The position numbers and the translations under genes are program-made. Of a DNA stretch of 64,000 bases, positions 1-12,500 are shown in pieces. Below the pieces are notes generated by a model. The model saw nothing but the letters and a program-made list of their open reading frames with translations. It was not told the DNA's origin and made no database searches. The stretch is from Camelus dromedarius (taxonomy: Eukaryota), in contig NC_087437.1 in the NCBI RefSeq assembly GCF_036321535.1, positions 8,556,001 to 8,620,000 on the forward strand, given 5' to 3'. The stretch's first letter is position 1; every line of letters begins with the position of its first letter.

Positions 1-35
1 TTCCTTTTTCTATTTTATTTTATTTTTCTTCTAGT

Positions 36-365
36 TTTTTTTGAGATATAATTGACATACAGCACTGTATAAGTTTAAGCTGTACAGTGTAGTGATTTCA
101 CTTACCTATCATGAAATGATCACCACAATAGGTTTAGTGAAGATCCATCATATCACGTAAGATACAAAAGAAAAGAAAAAGAAAAAATGTTTTCTTTGTG
201 ATGAGCAGTCTTAGGATTATTCTTCTAACAACTTTCATACACAGCTTACATTAGTATTAATTACATGTATCATGTTGTACATTACATCCCTAACACTCAT
301 TTATCGTATAACTGGAAGTTTGTACCTTTTGACTCCTTTCACCCAATTCCCTCTCCCCCTCCCCT
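36..365 (-). mobile_element. L1 3' end fragment (L1MA9-like)
   Basis: T-rich tail followed by typical L1 3'UTR antisense motifs (GAGATATAATTGACATAC, ATAACTGGAAGTTTGTACCTTTTGAC). Confidence 0.85.
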
Positions 366-835
366 AAAGCGGTTTTCATTTTTAATAGCTGAAGAGCAGA
401 AGTAGATTTCAACTAAGCAAAACAGTTATTGGCCAAACATGATAATTTTGGGGCCTCTGTAGAATTAACACTAAACTAATTACAAGTTTAGAGCATGTAA
501 TTCGATGAGTGATTTAGCAAGCATCAAGGGTGGGGGTGCATTCTTGTTTTCTGAGAAATTTTTAGCAACCTTAGTACACCAAGACACAGTCCTGTCTGAT
601 TTTCCCCTTGGCTATTGAAGGCTCCTTGTATTTGGAGCTTGGCCAATGCTCCAGTTGCTGCATATCTTCACTTAAACTTTTCATTTAGAGTCAATGATGT
701 TTTCAAACTTTCCAACCAGAAGACTCAAAGTGTCTCGACTGGCTCTACTCTTCTGTTTTGGACCCTTGTCTTCCTAACAGCTAACTACTAAGGGAGCAAA
801 TTTGGTGCAGAAATTCCCTGAGTGATTGGCTGATC

Positions 836-1025
836 CAGTGGTTCTCAGTCTCAGGGTGTGGTCCCTGGGCCATAAGCATCAGCATCACCAGGGAGCTTGT
901 GAGGAAACCAACTTCTCGGGCACACCTGAGACCTGCTACATAAGAAACGGGATGGGGTCCAACCACCTGTATTTTAACCCGCTCTCTAGGTGATTCCGAT
1001 GCGTGAGTCAGATTGAGAGTGACTG
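836..1025 (+). mobile_element. MER5A-like hAT-Charlie non-autonomous DNA transposon
   Basis: Starts CAGTGGTTCTCA, contains AGCATCAGCATCACC and AGGTGATTCCGATGC, ends TTGAGAGTGACTG (degenerate TIR). Confidence 0.85.
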
Positions 1026-1489
1026 ATTTCAATCGTTAGGATCAGAAGAGAGGCAAGCCCTGATCAGCAGTGTTTAGACACATTCAGCTGGCAATCCGAG
1101 GGGAAACGATGAAAAAGGGCCTTTTTTTCCTTCAGTCAGCAAGGACAGCCACTGTCAGCAAAGAGCTGGTTGATAAAATATTGTTGGCTGCACAGCTTGC
1201 GTAAAGACATGTGATGCCATCATTCACTCACTCATTCCTTCTTTATTCTTCATCTACCAGTTTATTAGTGTTGATCATTTGCCACGCATTGGGGTTATAT
1301 TCTGAGGAGGATACAAGGGTGTTTAAGATCCTCAAAGAAGTTATATTCTGTGGGGGAGAAAGCAGAAGTGGAGAGGGAAAAAGAAAAAAAGCAAAATACA
1401 GCAAGCACTTTACAGAGGCACAAATGAAGGGCTTTTAGAAGCACACAGGAGAGACCAATTAGAAATAAAAAGACAAAAACATTACTTAG

Positions 1490-1910
1490 TCGAAATGAAG
1501 GTACAGCGTTTGGCACCATGACGCCTTAAAGATGCTTCCCGCTTGTACACTGCTTTGTGAGAGAAGCATAAAAAGAACACGGAGGTTCGGATTCACGCTA
1601 ATGTGCTACTGTGGATTGTGGCAGTAATAATTTATGCTCCACAGCAAAAAAATAAACGCAGAGATAATCAAAATACTCAGCGACAGTCTTTTCGTCTTCT
1701 GAGGTGAGTACACTTCAGCAGGGAAAACAATCGCCTTAGACAAGAAACAGCGATGCGACGGAGAAACCTCTGTGACCCGACAAGCGCGAGTGAAGGGCAC
1801 AGCAAAATCAGCGTCTCGGGAAATCCGATGAAATCTAGTCCGTATGGATTTTGGCCCGCCGTCTCAACCTGATCAAATGCGGCTCACTGCATCCTAATTG
1901 TTCACGGGGA
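1490..1910. promoter_or_regulatory. CpG-retaining unique block (possible hypomethylated promoter/enhancer)
   Basis: About 25 CpGs in ~420 bp by hand count, against strong CpG depletion elsewhere; plus-strand donor GAG|GTGAGT at 1703/1704. Confidence 0.45.
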
Positions 1911-2166
1911 GAATTGACTGGGGAGAAAAATCAACTCCTACTATTGTTCCAGAGGCATTGCTCCAGCTAGGAAAGAATTCAATCTCTGAAGATCTGGCAG
2001 AGGCTGCTGGGAAGGGACTGCTTACAAAGCCCTCTCTGTGATTTTAAAAGCATGAAATAACCTCATTTCAAACTTGAAAGTCTTAAAAAAAAAGAAAGAA
2101 AGAAAAACACCTCACCTACACTCTTATCAGCTCTCACAGCCTGAATTTTGAATCAGGCTTGGGAAA

Positions 2167-2168
<2 letters not shown>

Positions 2169-2200
<32 letters not shown>
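2169..2200. repeat. (GT)n microsatellite
   Basis: Perfect GT run. Confidence 0.98.
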
Positions 2201-2203
<3 letters not shown>

Positions 2204-3404
2204 TGTGCACCCAAATACCTGTTATCAAAAGCCCTATCATTCTTTTCAGAGTTCGTGGCAAATGCTATTTTTTTTTTTCCAGTGCTATTTTACTATCCAA
2301 AATAGATCTGCAGGGGCATTCACATCTTAGAACAATTTCTGTTGGGGGAAAAATGTCTTTACAGGAAATCCGTTTGCACCTTACGCGTGCAGTCCTGGTA
2401 TAATTAAATTGCCTTGTTTACAGAGAAAGAGGAATTGGTCTTAACGAATGGCTGACAATATTGCAGGATGGTTGGGTGGGATCCCAAAAGACAGTTCCTT
2501 TTCATTCTGTCTTACTCATGTTCCTCTCCTACTAGGCAACAGACTAATTTACATCAATTTTATTTATGAAGCAGCAGCGAGGGCGTTCTTGGGTCTTTGG
2601 GGGTCTCAATGACTTTCAGCTCTCTTCCTGCTGTCCAGAAGGAAGTCCGTAAAACTCAGAATAAAACCTCCTTACACATCATGTAACTGCTGTGCCTGAG
2701 AGTTGCCTCCTCTAAAGTAAATAACTCCGTATCGATTTCTCCTGGGCCACGCAATCTATTTTGTGGAATTTTCTCTCATCCAGCTCAAATCCCTGCGTGG
2801 AATTTCAGGGTGGCTGTTTTTCAGCATGGCTGAGAAGAGGATTAGCTGGTTGAAAATGCACGTAGCTACCTTGCGGATATACCCCCACATTGAACTTATA
2901 ATTTATATTGTTTAGGCATAGAGTCAAAGAGAAAATCTGTTATCTGTGGCACATGTCAGTGTTGCTATTAAGGGCAAAGCTTCTAGGTTCTAAGGTTAAG
3001 GAGAATAAAGGAGGTAAGGATAGAAGTGTCAGAATTATCTGTGCGTACTATAGGTGATGGATTTCCTAAGGAAAGCCTCAGGCAAACAGCAGCACTTAAT
3101 GAGGTTCTCTTAAGTCCTTACTTCTACCTGGGATCACAGTGTATAGCCTTTGATCTCAAGAACCGTGCTACCAAGGCAGTAATTATGTCCTGTATTAAAA
3201 ATATAAGGAGCAAGATTTTTGTGCTTCTTGATGTCTGCGTATTTGTGCACTTACTAATTTGACTACTTGCCGACAGCTTACAAAATGGCAGTTATTCTGA
3301 AGAATAAAGACATGAGTGAGATACAGCCGCTACCATCAAGAATCTCAAAGTCTGGTAGGAAGCTATGGCATGGACACTGATGTTTATAACACAGGTCACA
3401 CTGT

Positions 3405-3545
3405 GATAGGTAGATGATTGAAAAAAAACTGACAGGATAGATAGACAATAGATATATAGGACAGATAGGTAGATAGGTAGATGGACAGATAGGTAGGCAG
3501 ATGAATGAACAGGTAAGCAGATGGATAATTAGGTAAGTATGTATC
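3405..3545. repeat. Degenerate (GATA/GGTA/GACA)n tetranucleotide repeat
   Basis: Imperfect tandem tetramers. Confidence 0.85.
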
Positions 3546-3666
3546 AATGGCTTAGATGTTTTCCATCACTGAGAGTAAAAGCAGGACTTTGAGTCCTACC
3601 TTGTTTAGCTTCCTGCTACCCTCTGATACCCTGTCCTCCCCTCCTCTCCCTTACTGTGTCTCTCTC

Positions 3667-6600
3667 TTTTTTTTTTTTTGACATTCAAAGAATTATACGT
3701 AATGCATACAAGTTGATGAGTTTGAAGATACGTAGGCACCTGTGAAATTATCACCACAATCTAAGCCATAAGCCCACCCCTCACCTGTGAAAGTTTCTTC
3801 CTACCTATTGTGTGCTATTTTTCTTATGATAAGAATACCTAAGATCTACCCTCTTGGCAAATTTTTAAGTATATAATACTGTATTCTTAACTATAGTCAC
3901 CATGCTGTACAGTAGATATGTAGGACTTACTCATCTTTTATAACTGGAAGTTTGTACTCTTTGCTTAATACCTTCCTGTTTCTCCTCCTCAACCCTAGCA
4001 ATCACCATTCCTCCTTCCGCTTCCCTGAGTTTGAATTATTTTAGATTCATCCTATAAGTGGTATCATGGAACATGTATCTTTCTGTGTTTGCTTATTTCA
4101 CTTGGTGTAATGTCTTCCAGGTTCGTCCATGTTGTCACAGAGGCAGGATTTCCTTTTTTAAGGCTGAATGATCTGGTGTGTAAATGTACCACATTTTCTT
4201 TGTCTATTCATTCATCAGTAGATACTTGCTTTCATGTCTTGGCTATTGTAAATAATGCTGCAACAAACATGGGAGTGCAGACATCTCTTTGAGATTTTGA
4301 TTTCAGTTCCTTTGTGTATATACCCAGAAGTGGATTGCTGGATAATGTGGTAGTTCTGTAATTTTTTATGGGAACCTCTATACTGTTTTCCACAGAGACT
4401 CCCATCAATTTGCATTCCCGCCAACGGTGTGAAAGAAATCTCTTTTCTCTATGTCCTTCACAACATTTGTTCTTTGTGTGTTTTGTTATAGCCATCCTAA
4501 GGTATGAGGTGATACCTCATTGTGGTTTTGATTTACATTTCCCTGATGATAGTGATGTTGAGCACCTTTTCACATATCTATTGGTCATTTGCATGTCATC
4601 TTTGGAGAAATGTCTATTTAGTTCCTTTGCACATTTAAAAAATTGGGTGTTTTGGTTTTTTGTTTTTGCTATCAGTTTTATAAGTTCTTTATATATTTTG
4701 GGTATTAACCTTTCATTAGATATGTGGTTTGCAAATACTTTCCCCGATTATGGAGGTTGCCTTTTCATTTTGTTGATGATTTTCTTTGTTGTGGCGAAGC
4801 TTTTTAGTTTGATGTAATCCCACTTGCCTATTTTTTGTTTTGTTGCCTGTGCTTTTAGTGTCATAGCCAAGAAATCATTGCTAAAGCCAATGTCCAAAGC
4901 TTTTCCCCTGTATTTTATTCTAGGGTATTTATAGTTTTAGATGTTATGTTTAAGTCTTTAGTACATTTTGAGGTTTTGTTGATACCACTTATTGCAGAGA
5001 TTATCTTTTCCCTAGTGTGTATTCTTGGCATCCTTGTCAAAGATTAGTTGCTCATACGGATGTGGGTTTATTTCTGGGCTCTCTATTTTGTCCCATTGAT
5101 CCAAATGTTTGTTTTAATGCAAGCACCATAATGTTTTGATTACTGTGGTTTTGTAACATATTTTGAAGTTTGAAAGTGTAATGCCTCCAGCTTTGTTCTT
5201 GCTCGAGATTGCTTTGGCTATTTAAGGTCTTTTGTTTTTTATATGAATTTTAAGATTGTTTCTATATTTCTGTAAAACATACTATTGGGATTTTTAGAGA
5301 GATTATACTGATTCTGCAGATCTCTTTGGGAAGCATGGACATTTAACAATGTTAATTCTTTCAATCTATAAACATGGAATGTTTTTCATTTACTTGTGTC
5401 TGCTTTAACTTCTTTTATGAGTGTTTTACATTTTCCAGTGTACAAATATTTCATGTCCTTGATTATTGCTCAGCAATTTATTCTTTTGATGCTATTGTAA
5501 ATGAGAGTGTTTTTAAAATTTCCTTTCTGGATAATTAATTGTTAGTGTATAAAAATACAGCTTATTTTTGTGCACTGATTTTCTGGTATTCCACACTGTT
5601 GAATTTGCTTATTCTAACAGATTTTTGGTGGTGTTTTTAGGGGTCTCTAAATATAAGATAATGTCACCTTCTAACAGATAATTTTACTTATTTCTGATTT
5701 GTATTTCTTTTTTCCCCCCTTTTTCTTGCCTTAAGGCTTTAGCTAGGACTTCTAGTAATATGTTGAATAGAATTGATGACAGTGGACATCTTTGCCTTGT
5801 TCTAGATCTTAGAGGAAAAGCTTTCAGTTTTTCTCCATTTAGTATGATGTTAGCTGCAGGCTTTCATATGTAATCTTTATTGTGTTAAAATCCTTCTATA
5901 CTTAATTTATTAAGAATTTTTATCAATAAAGAATGTTGAATTTTGTCAGATGCTTTTTCTACATCTATTGAGGTGATTTTTAAATTCACTCTGTTAATAT
6001 GATGTATCACATTTATTGATTTGTGTATGTTGCACTATTCTGGCGTCTCACTTTCATGGTGTATGATTTTTCTAATGAGCTGCTGAATTTGGCTTACTAA
6101 TATTTTGTTGAGGACTTCCGTACCCATTTTTTATCAAGGATATTGGCCTGTAGTTTTCTTTTCTTGTGGTGTCTTTTTCTGGCTTTGGTATCAGAGAGAT
6201 ACTGGCCTCATAGAGAGTTTGGAAGTGTTCCCGTAAAAAAATTTTTTTTGAAGATTTTAAGAAATATTGGTACTAGTTCTTTAAATTATTGGCAGAATTC
6301 ACTTGTGAAGCCACATGTTATGGTTTTGTTGTTGTTGGAAGGATTTTGATTACTGATTTAGTCTCATTATTTGTAATTGGTCTAGTCAGGCTATTTCTTC
6401 TTGATTCAGTTTCTAGGAATTTATCCATTTCTTGTAGGTTGTCCAATTTGTTGGTGTATAATTACTCATAATAGTCCCTTATGATCTTTTAAAAATTTCT
6501 GTGTCATCATTTGTAATGTCTCCTCTTCCATTTCTGCTTTTAAGTCTTCCTTTTTTCTTAGTCCAGCTGTGGTCAATTGTGTTCATCCTTTCAAAGAACC

Positions 6601-7286
6601 AACTCTTAGTTTTGTCAATTTTTTTCTATTCTATTCTATATTTTATTCATTTCTGCTTTAATCTTTATTATTTCTTTCCTCCTCCTAACTTTGGGCTTAA
6701 TTTGTTCTTTTTTTTAGTTGCTTGAGGTGTAATATTCAGTTGTTTACTTGTGATTAGTTGTTCATTAATGTAGGTGTTTATCACTGTTATTGATTTTGCT
6801 TTATCCTATATTTTTTGCTGTGTTGGGTTTTTGTTTTCATTTACTAGTTTCTCTTTTGATTTTTATTTTGAACCAAAGTTTGTTCAAGAGTGTGTTGTTT
6901 AATTCCCATGTATTTGTGATTTTTTTTTTCCATTTACCTTTAGTTTTCTAGTTTTATTCCATTGTGGTTGGAAAAGATATATGTAATGATGTCAATCTTC
7001 TTAAATTTGTTAAGACTTGTTTTGTGACCTAGCGTGTGATCTATCCTGGGACATACTGCTTGAGCACTTGAGAAGGATGTGTATTTTGCTGCTAAGTGGG
7101 ATGTTCTTTATCTGTCTATTAGGTCCATTTGTCTATAGTGTGGTTCTAGTCTGCTCTTTCCTTACTGATCTTCTGACCAGATGATTTGTCCATTATTGCT
7201 ATTGGGGTATTTAAGTCTGCCACTATTATTATATTGCTGTTTCTCCCTACAGATCTGTTAGAGCACCATGCTCTGATGTTCGGTGC
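3667..7286 (-). mobile_element. Old L1 (L1MA9/L1MB-like), 3'UTR plus most of ORF2, degenerate
   Basis: T-tail at 3667-3679, L1 3'UTR, ORF2 C-terminal remnants (ORF 4232..4495 has DVCTPMFVAALFTIAKT), continuous L1 antisense sequence. Confidence 0.93.
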
Positions 7287-7660
7287 TTGTTTGTTTGTTT
7301 GTTTATTTTCAGCTTGACACATTTGTATTTGTGATATAGGGCAGGATAGGTATAGAGTGAAGATGATTTATCATAGCTCAGCTGCAAGTACAATGTGCTC
7401 AAGTGACATTACCAGACCAGACTGAACAGATTCCTGACCTAGGCTTATTGGAATATGCAAGTCTTTGTTTCTTTTCTCTCTAGTCCCTCTCTCTGTTATA
7501 ATGGGTCATATTGCCAGTGGTGGCGAAGATGAGATATCACAAGTTGGGTGAGAAAGATATTGTAAGTCCAAGTAAAACCAGTGGTCTTTGGTCTGGAGGG
7601 CTTGTTTCTGAGGCTCTGTTGGCTCCATCCACACAGTCACATTAGGACAAGCAGTTCTAG
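7287..7660 (-). other. Non-L1 insertion inside L1 ORF2 (retrocopy or transduction-like fragment)
   Basis: Interrupts L1 between GGTGC (7282-7286) and GGTGC (7661-7665); minus strand ends AATAAA + (CAAA)n. Confidence 0.6.
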
Positions 7661-8150
7661 GGTGCACATATACTTATAATTGTCATATCTTCCTGTTGAA
7701 TTGAAACTTCTGTCATTATGTAATGATGTTCTTTGTCTCTTGGGACAGTTTTGCCTTAAATTCTATTTTGTCTGATATAAGTACAACCATCCCTGCCCTT
7801 ATTATTACTTTTTACATGGAATATCTTTTTCTATTCCTTTCAGCCAATATATGCCATTAAATCATAAGTTGGTCTCTTATAGACAGCATATAGTTGGGAG
7901 TTGTGTTTTTTCTTCTATCCACTTAGCTACACTGCCTCTTGATTGATGAGTTTGATCCATTTACATTTAAAGTGATAATTAATGGTTATTAATAGATAAT
8001 TGATAGTAATTATTGACTTACTATTCCCATATTGTGAATTGCTTTTTATTTGTTGTAATTCTTTTGCTTCTCTATTCTCTTTCTTCCTGTGTGATTTTAA
8101 CTCTTTTGTAGTGGATATGCTTTGCTTCTTTTATTTTTATCTTTTCTTAT
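7661..8150 (-). mobile_element. Continuation of the same L1 (ORF2 endonuclease region)
   Basis: TCTATTTTGTCTGATATAAG, ATAGACAGCATATAGTTGG and CCATTTACATTTAAAGTGATAATT are antisense L1 endonuclease-domain motifs. Confidence 0.88.
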
Positions 8151-8314
8151 TGTGTTTCAAAATACCAGACTCCATGCTCTTGCTGAAATACACTTAGTAC
8201 TCTTCAGGGTTTTTGCATTTTTTTGGTTCCCTATGACTGTTGGAATTCTTTTCCCAGAGATGTACATCTCTTGCTCTTTTTGTTTGTGTGTTAAGGAATT
8301 TAAGCTCTATTTGG

Positions 8315-8760
8315 TAGGTAACACTTAGCTGTTACAACAAAATACGATGTCTTAATAGAACTGTAAACTTCTATTTCTCATGCACCTGAAGATCAGTGGA
8401 TAATGGTTGATTTAGGATCAATAGGATGGTTATACTGGTCTGACGAGCTCATTTCACATATCTGGAGTCAGCTTAGGTCTGAGGCTGATCCTGGGCTGCA
8501 CTCAACTTGGGTTGGTGCTTCTTCACTTCTGTTTTTTTTTTTTCTGTGACCAGCAGGTCAGCCTGGGAATTTTTTTCCTCAGGTAATGACAGACCTCCAG
8601 AGGAGCAAGACCACCTATGCCAGCAGTTTTTGATCCTCTGCTTGCATCATGTCTGCTAACAACGCATTGGCCAAAGCAAATTACATAGCTAAATCCCAAA
8701 TCAAAGGGCAGGGAAGTTACTCTGCTGACAGAGGGGTAAGGTTTAAATCAAATTTACCAT
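8315..8760 (-). mobile_element. MaLR LTR (MLT1G/H-like)
   Basis: CTGCTTGCATCATGTCTGCTAAC..CATTGGCCAAAGCAAATTACATAGCTAA..CAAATCAAAGGGCAGGGAAG motif block. Confidence 0.7.
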
Positions 8761-9432
8761 AGTGGGCAGTGTTACTTTATGGTTTTCAGCAGTTTCATGC
8801 TCCTTTACAGATTATCCTATAACATTTAAAATTTTCCAGTATTGAGATACATTATTCTGAGTCAACTTTGAATTAGGATTAATGTCAGTTTACCATTATA
8901 CAGTCTGCCAATAAAATAAGTATTTTTTAATGTGCTTATGATGCTGTGCATATGTCCTGATCACAATATGCCCAGTAAGTAGGTCAGTAAGTTGGGCTGT
9001 TCAGAGATAGTTTGTCTTAAACACAATTCATTTCCAAGCTTTTATCCTGGAAACAACTAAGTACTCCCTCTGCTCCCATCCAATTTCCCCTTTGCAGGAA
9101 TTTAATTTATAAGACTGCTGACTTTAATTACAGATAGAAGCATGAAACTGTTCTATCAAAATGTAATTGACTGTCATAATAGTATAGCTTGGAGATTTTC
9201 TTATTTTCCTCTCCCATCTAAAAAGAGTAGACTCTGGAGATTAGAGTTAATGACGCTTGATGATGTACTGATTGCTGGATTATTTGTTTTCTTTCTTCTT
9301 GCATTTGGGACTAACTCGATTATTTTAAAGACACCTGCAATTCTTTAGCAAAGTGTTTAATTCCAGTCAGGGAAATTAACCATCACATATGTGGGTACTA
9401 TAATATTACAATATGTTCCCAAAGATAACACT

Positions 9433-9540
9433 TGTATGTATGTATGTGTGCATGTGTATATATGTATGTGTGTGTGTGTGTGTGTGCTTGTGTATATGTG
9501 TGTGAGTGAGTGTGTGCATGTGTATATATGTGAGTGTACA
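9433..9540. repeat. Compound (TG)n/(TATG)n microsatellite
   Basis: Alternating purine-pyrimidine tract. Confidence 0.95.
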
Positions 9541-12500
9541 TTTAGTATTATGACCAGCAGGGGGCAATTTTAATATTGGGCAGATATCTTGGGGTTGGGA
9601 TATTTGTCACTAGCAGGCTCAAGTTGAATGGAATTCCTCGGTTGCATTTCCTAGAAAAACTAAAGTCGCATCTCCTACATTCAAGAAGTAAGTTGTATAG
9701 GGAAGGTTAAGGGGCTAAGGTTTGTATACTTGGAGGTCGTTTGCTCATAAATCTGTCCAACCAATAAATCTTTAATGATGGCTACAATCCTTAGCAGGTT
9801 TTATGAATTGGAGCCTGAGTGGAGTCAACTATTGACAGGTGAATCTTTTTATATTATGGACAGTTCTGTCTGTTGCCCTTGTTCCAGTTAGACCTTACCA
9901 TCTTAATAGTGTCTAAGAAGGGCTCTTTGCTTTCTGTGCTAAAATGGAACAGATCTACTCATCTTCTTTTTGTACCTTTTTATTGTTTTATGACAGTCAT
10001 TCTCATGTCAACATCTGTGCCCAATTCTTCACTTTGCCAATTTTCTGCAGATAACATGGCAATTACCTAATTGGTTTTATTAGACACATAGGATCAAAGT
10101 AATGAATGATGATCAAGTCAATACAATCATGCACAACCCAACAAGAGTACCCAAAGGTGGGTAAAATGAAGCAAGTCTATTTTCTTAACCCAGTGTTTCA
10201 TTAAAACAATATTTCGAATAGTCTTTGTTAAAGAAGCATAGAAAAATAACTAGCATATAGTTCTGACCTATTGCTGGTATAAACACAGGTTTTTACCCAG
10301 CCCCTGGATAATTCCAGCCAAATGGTAATGGAATAACAAATTTCCAGAAGTTTCTTCATTAGACAGTTTTGTGTGAAATTTTTTGGGATGGAAGTAGGTA
10401 CATTTTGGAGATTCCATCACCTCATACCTGTGACATTTCACATAATGACTCTGTAAAGACATATTCTGATGCATTCTCATTAGCAAGTTACATAGGTTAC
10501 TTATTAAAGTGGTGAAAATTACTTTTGAATGAACTCTGTGGGTCTGGGTAAATGACCATGTGAGAATGAGTTAATCAGCTGTCTTTGTTAAATGTTTTTC
10601 TTTAAGTGTGGGAAGCCCTGGCAGGTAATTTGGCTTTCTCTAATTTGTAGCTGCTATCACAATTGCTGTATGCGATGGATATGTCTGCCTGGACAGATTT
10701 GCAATCTGACACTAATGCTGATGAATGGTTTAAAGATACTAAATTATCGATAATTTCAGAAGTGTCCCTGGAATTGGATCTAAGAGGCTGATTTCCAACT
10801 TACAGCTCCATGTCGTGGTGATAACTGTTAAGGCAACATTTCTTTGCAGGGAGTTTTGAGTTAAGCTTCATATCATGTGTGGTAAAATTGCAACTAATTA
10901 TGCTACGAATTTTCTTTTGTAGAACAAATTCCAGTCTCTGCTTTGGTAGACATATTCTTACATAAAATGGATTTTTTTTTTGCAGTTATCATGTCTCATT
11001 TTTACCTGTAGCTGCTTTATGACTTGGGGGGGTACTTTTTTTTTTCTTACTAGCTGAATCATGTTTTGCCAGAGATGTAGAAAGTTAGACTTAGATGGAC
11101 CATTGGATATCACCCATCCCAATGTTTCTCAAAACCACTCCAGTGTCAGAGGAGGATGAGAACATACTTCCTGGAGCTTGGGGGTAGAGCATAAAATAAA
11201 TTACTGAGGTCATAAGATTTTGAATCTTCATTCATAACATACCTGTGTCCATTGAACTAAGATTTCTGCTTAGCTGAGCTACCTTGTCTGCATGAATTAA
11301 ATAAAATTAACTTGGATTCCTCAGCCCATGCCCTGTGGGAATTTTAATGCCTTTCTCAACATACCTGGAAATTCCTAAGAGCTTACGTCCTCTGGAACAC
11401 TTGTTTCTTTGCTCCTCTGTTCCCACTGCGTTTTCAGTCTTGCTGATGTCATCATCTTTAGCTATTCTTTTCTCACTGACCCTTGCAGGGAGAATTGTTT
11501 CCTTCCTTTTTTCCCCTCATAATGCAACTCATACAAGGCATAGATAGGAATACAGATCTGAAGAAAGACATTTGAGTGGCAAAAGTTTACATCATATTTA
11601 TGTGTCTGTTAGAAGTAAATGTTGGCTACCCTTGTTCTTAAAGCCGCCTCGTTGTTCGTGGTGCCAACATCACACTAGCCAACATGGATGAGTGAGCCCC
11701 TCCCCTGTCATCATGCGGCTTCTCCCATCGTTCACTTTTTCTCTCCCAAGCCCCATCCTTTTGCATTCATCCATAGATTTCTGTTAATTTATTTAGAATG
11801 GTTTAGCTCTTTCTTTGTCTAGCTCCAGAAAATTCCAGCCATTTAACTAGGCACTTCTTTATAATAAAACATTTCCATTAAGGTGTTTCCTTGAACAGCA
11901 TTAGTTCATTCCACAGATGAATTCCATAAAGAGTCTCCTTTTATCCTCTTCCATGCTATTTTGATTTAAATTCACTTTTAAAAAAAAGTTAAATCTTCAG
12001 TATTTTTTTTTTGTGGGTTCAATTTTGAAACCTTTGGGGAGCTTACTGAGGACTATAGGTGGGGAGACAGCCTGTCAGCGAGCTCTGAGGAACTACTTCC
12101 CTTTGGTACATTTTCTGCTTTAATAACATTTGATCATTTTTAAGTTAAAATTTTGTGCTTACCGCTACCTATCCTAACAACCAGACTGAGTAGACTGGGT
12201 CTGTCCCTGGCACATGAAAGCAGGTTGGTCTCAGCCTCTCTCCTATTACAAATGAGAAATGAAAGCCAGGGACACAGAGTGATCTGCCCCATGTCCCAAA
12301 CTGACAACATTTAACAGGAAATAAAAAACTCTCTCTCATCATTCAAGATAGAGTAAGTGCTTCATTATCAATGAAATTAAGTCACCCAAGCACATCTCTG
12401 CTTTTCAATAGGGACTCCTTAACTGTGCTTAATTTTGAGGGGAAATGTTTCATTCTCATCAAAATCCATGCTAAGTCTCCAATGGCATGATTTTTCTTTC

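Noticed and set aside
4089..4817. Cluster of overlapping ORFs up to 149 aa
   Set aside because: Sense and antisense frames of a decayed L1 ORF2 end
10651..10791. 46-codon open frame after a TTTGTAG acceptor (LLSQLLYAMDMSAW..)
   Set aside because: No recognisable homology and no clear donor before the stop; within chance expectation
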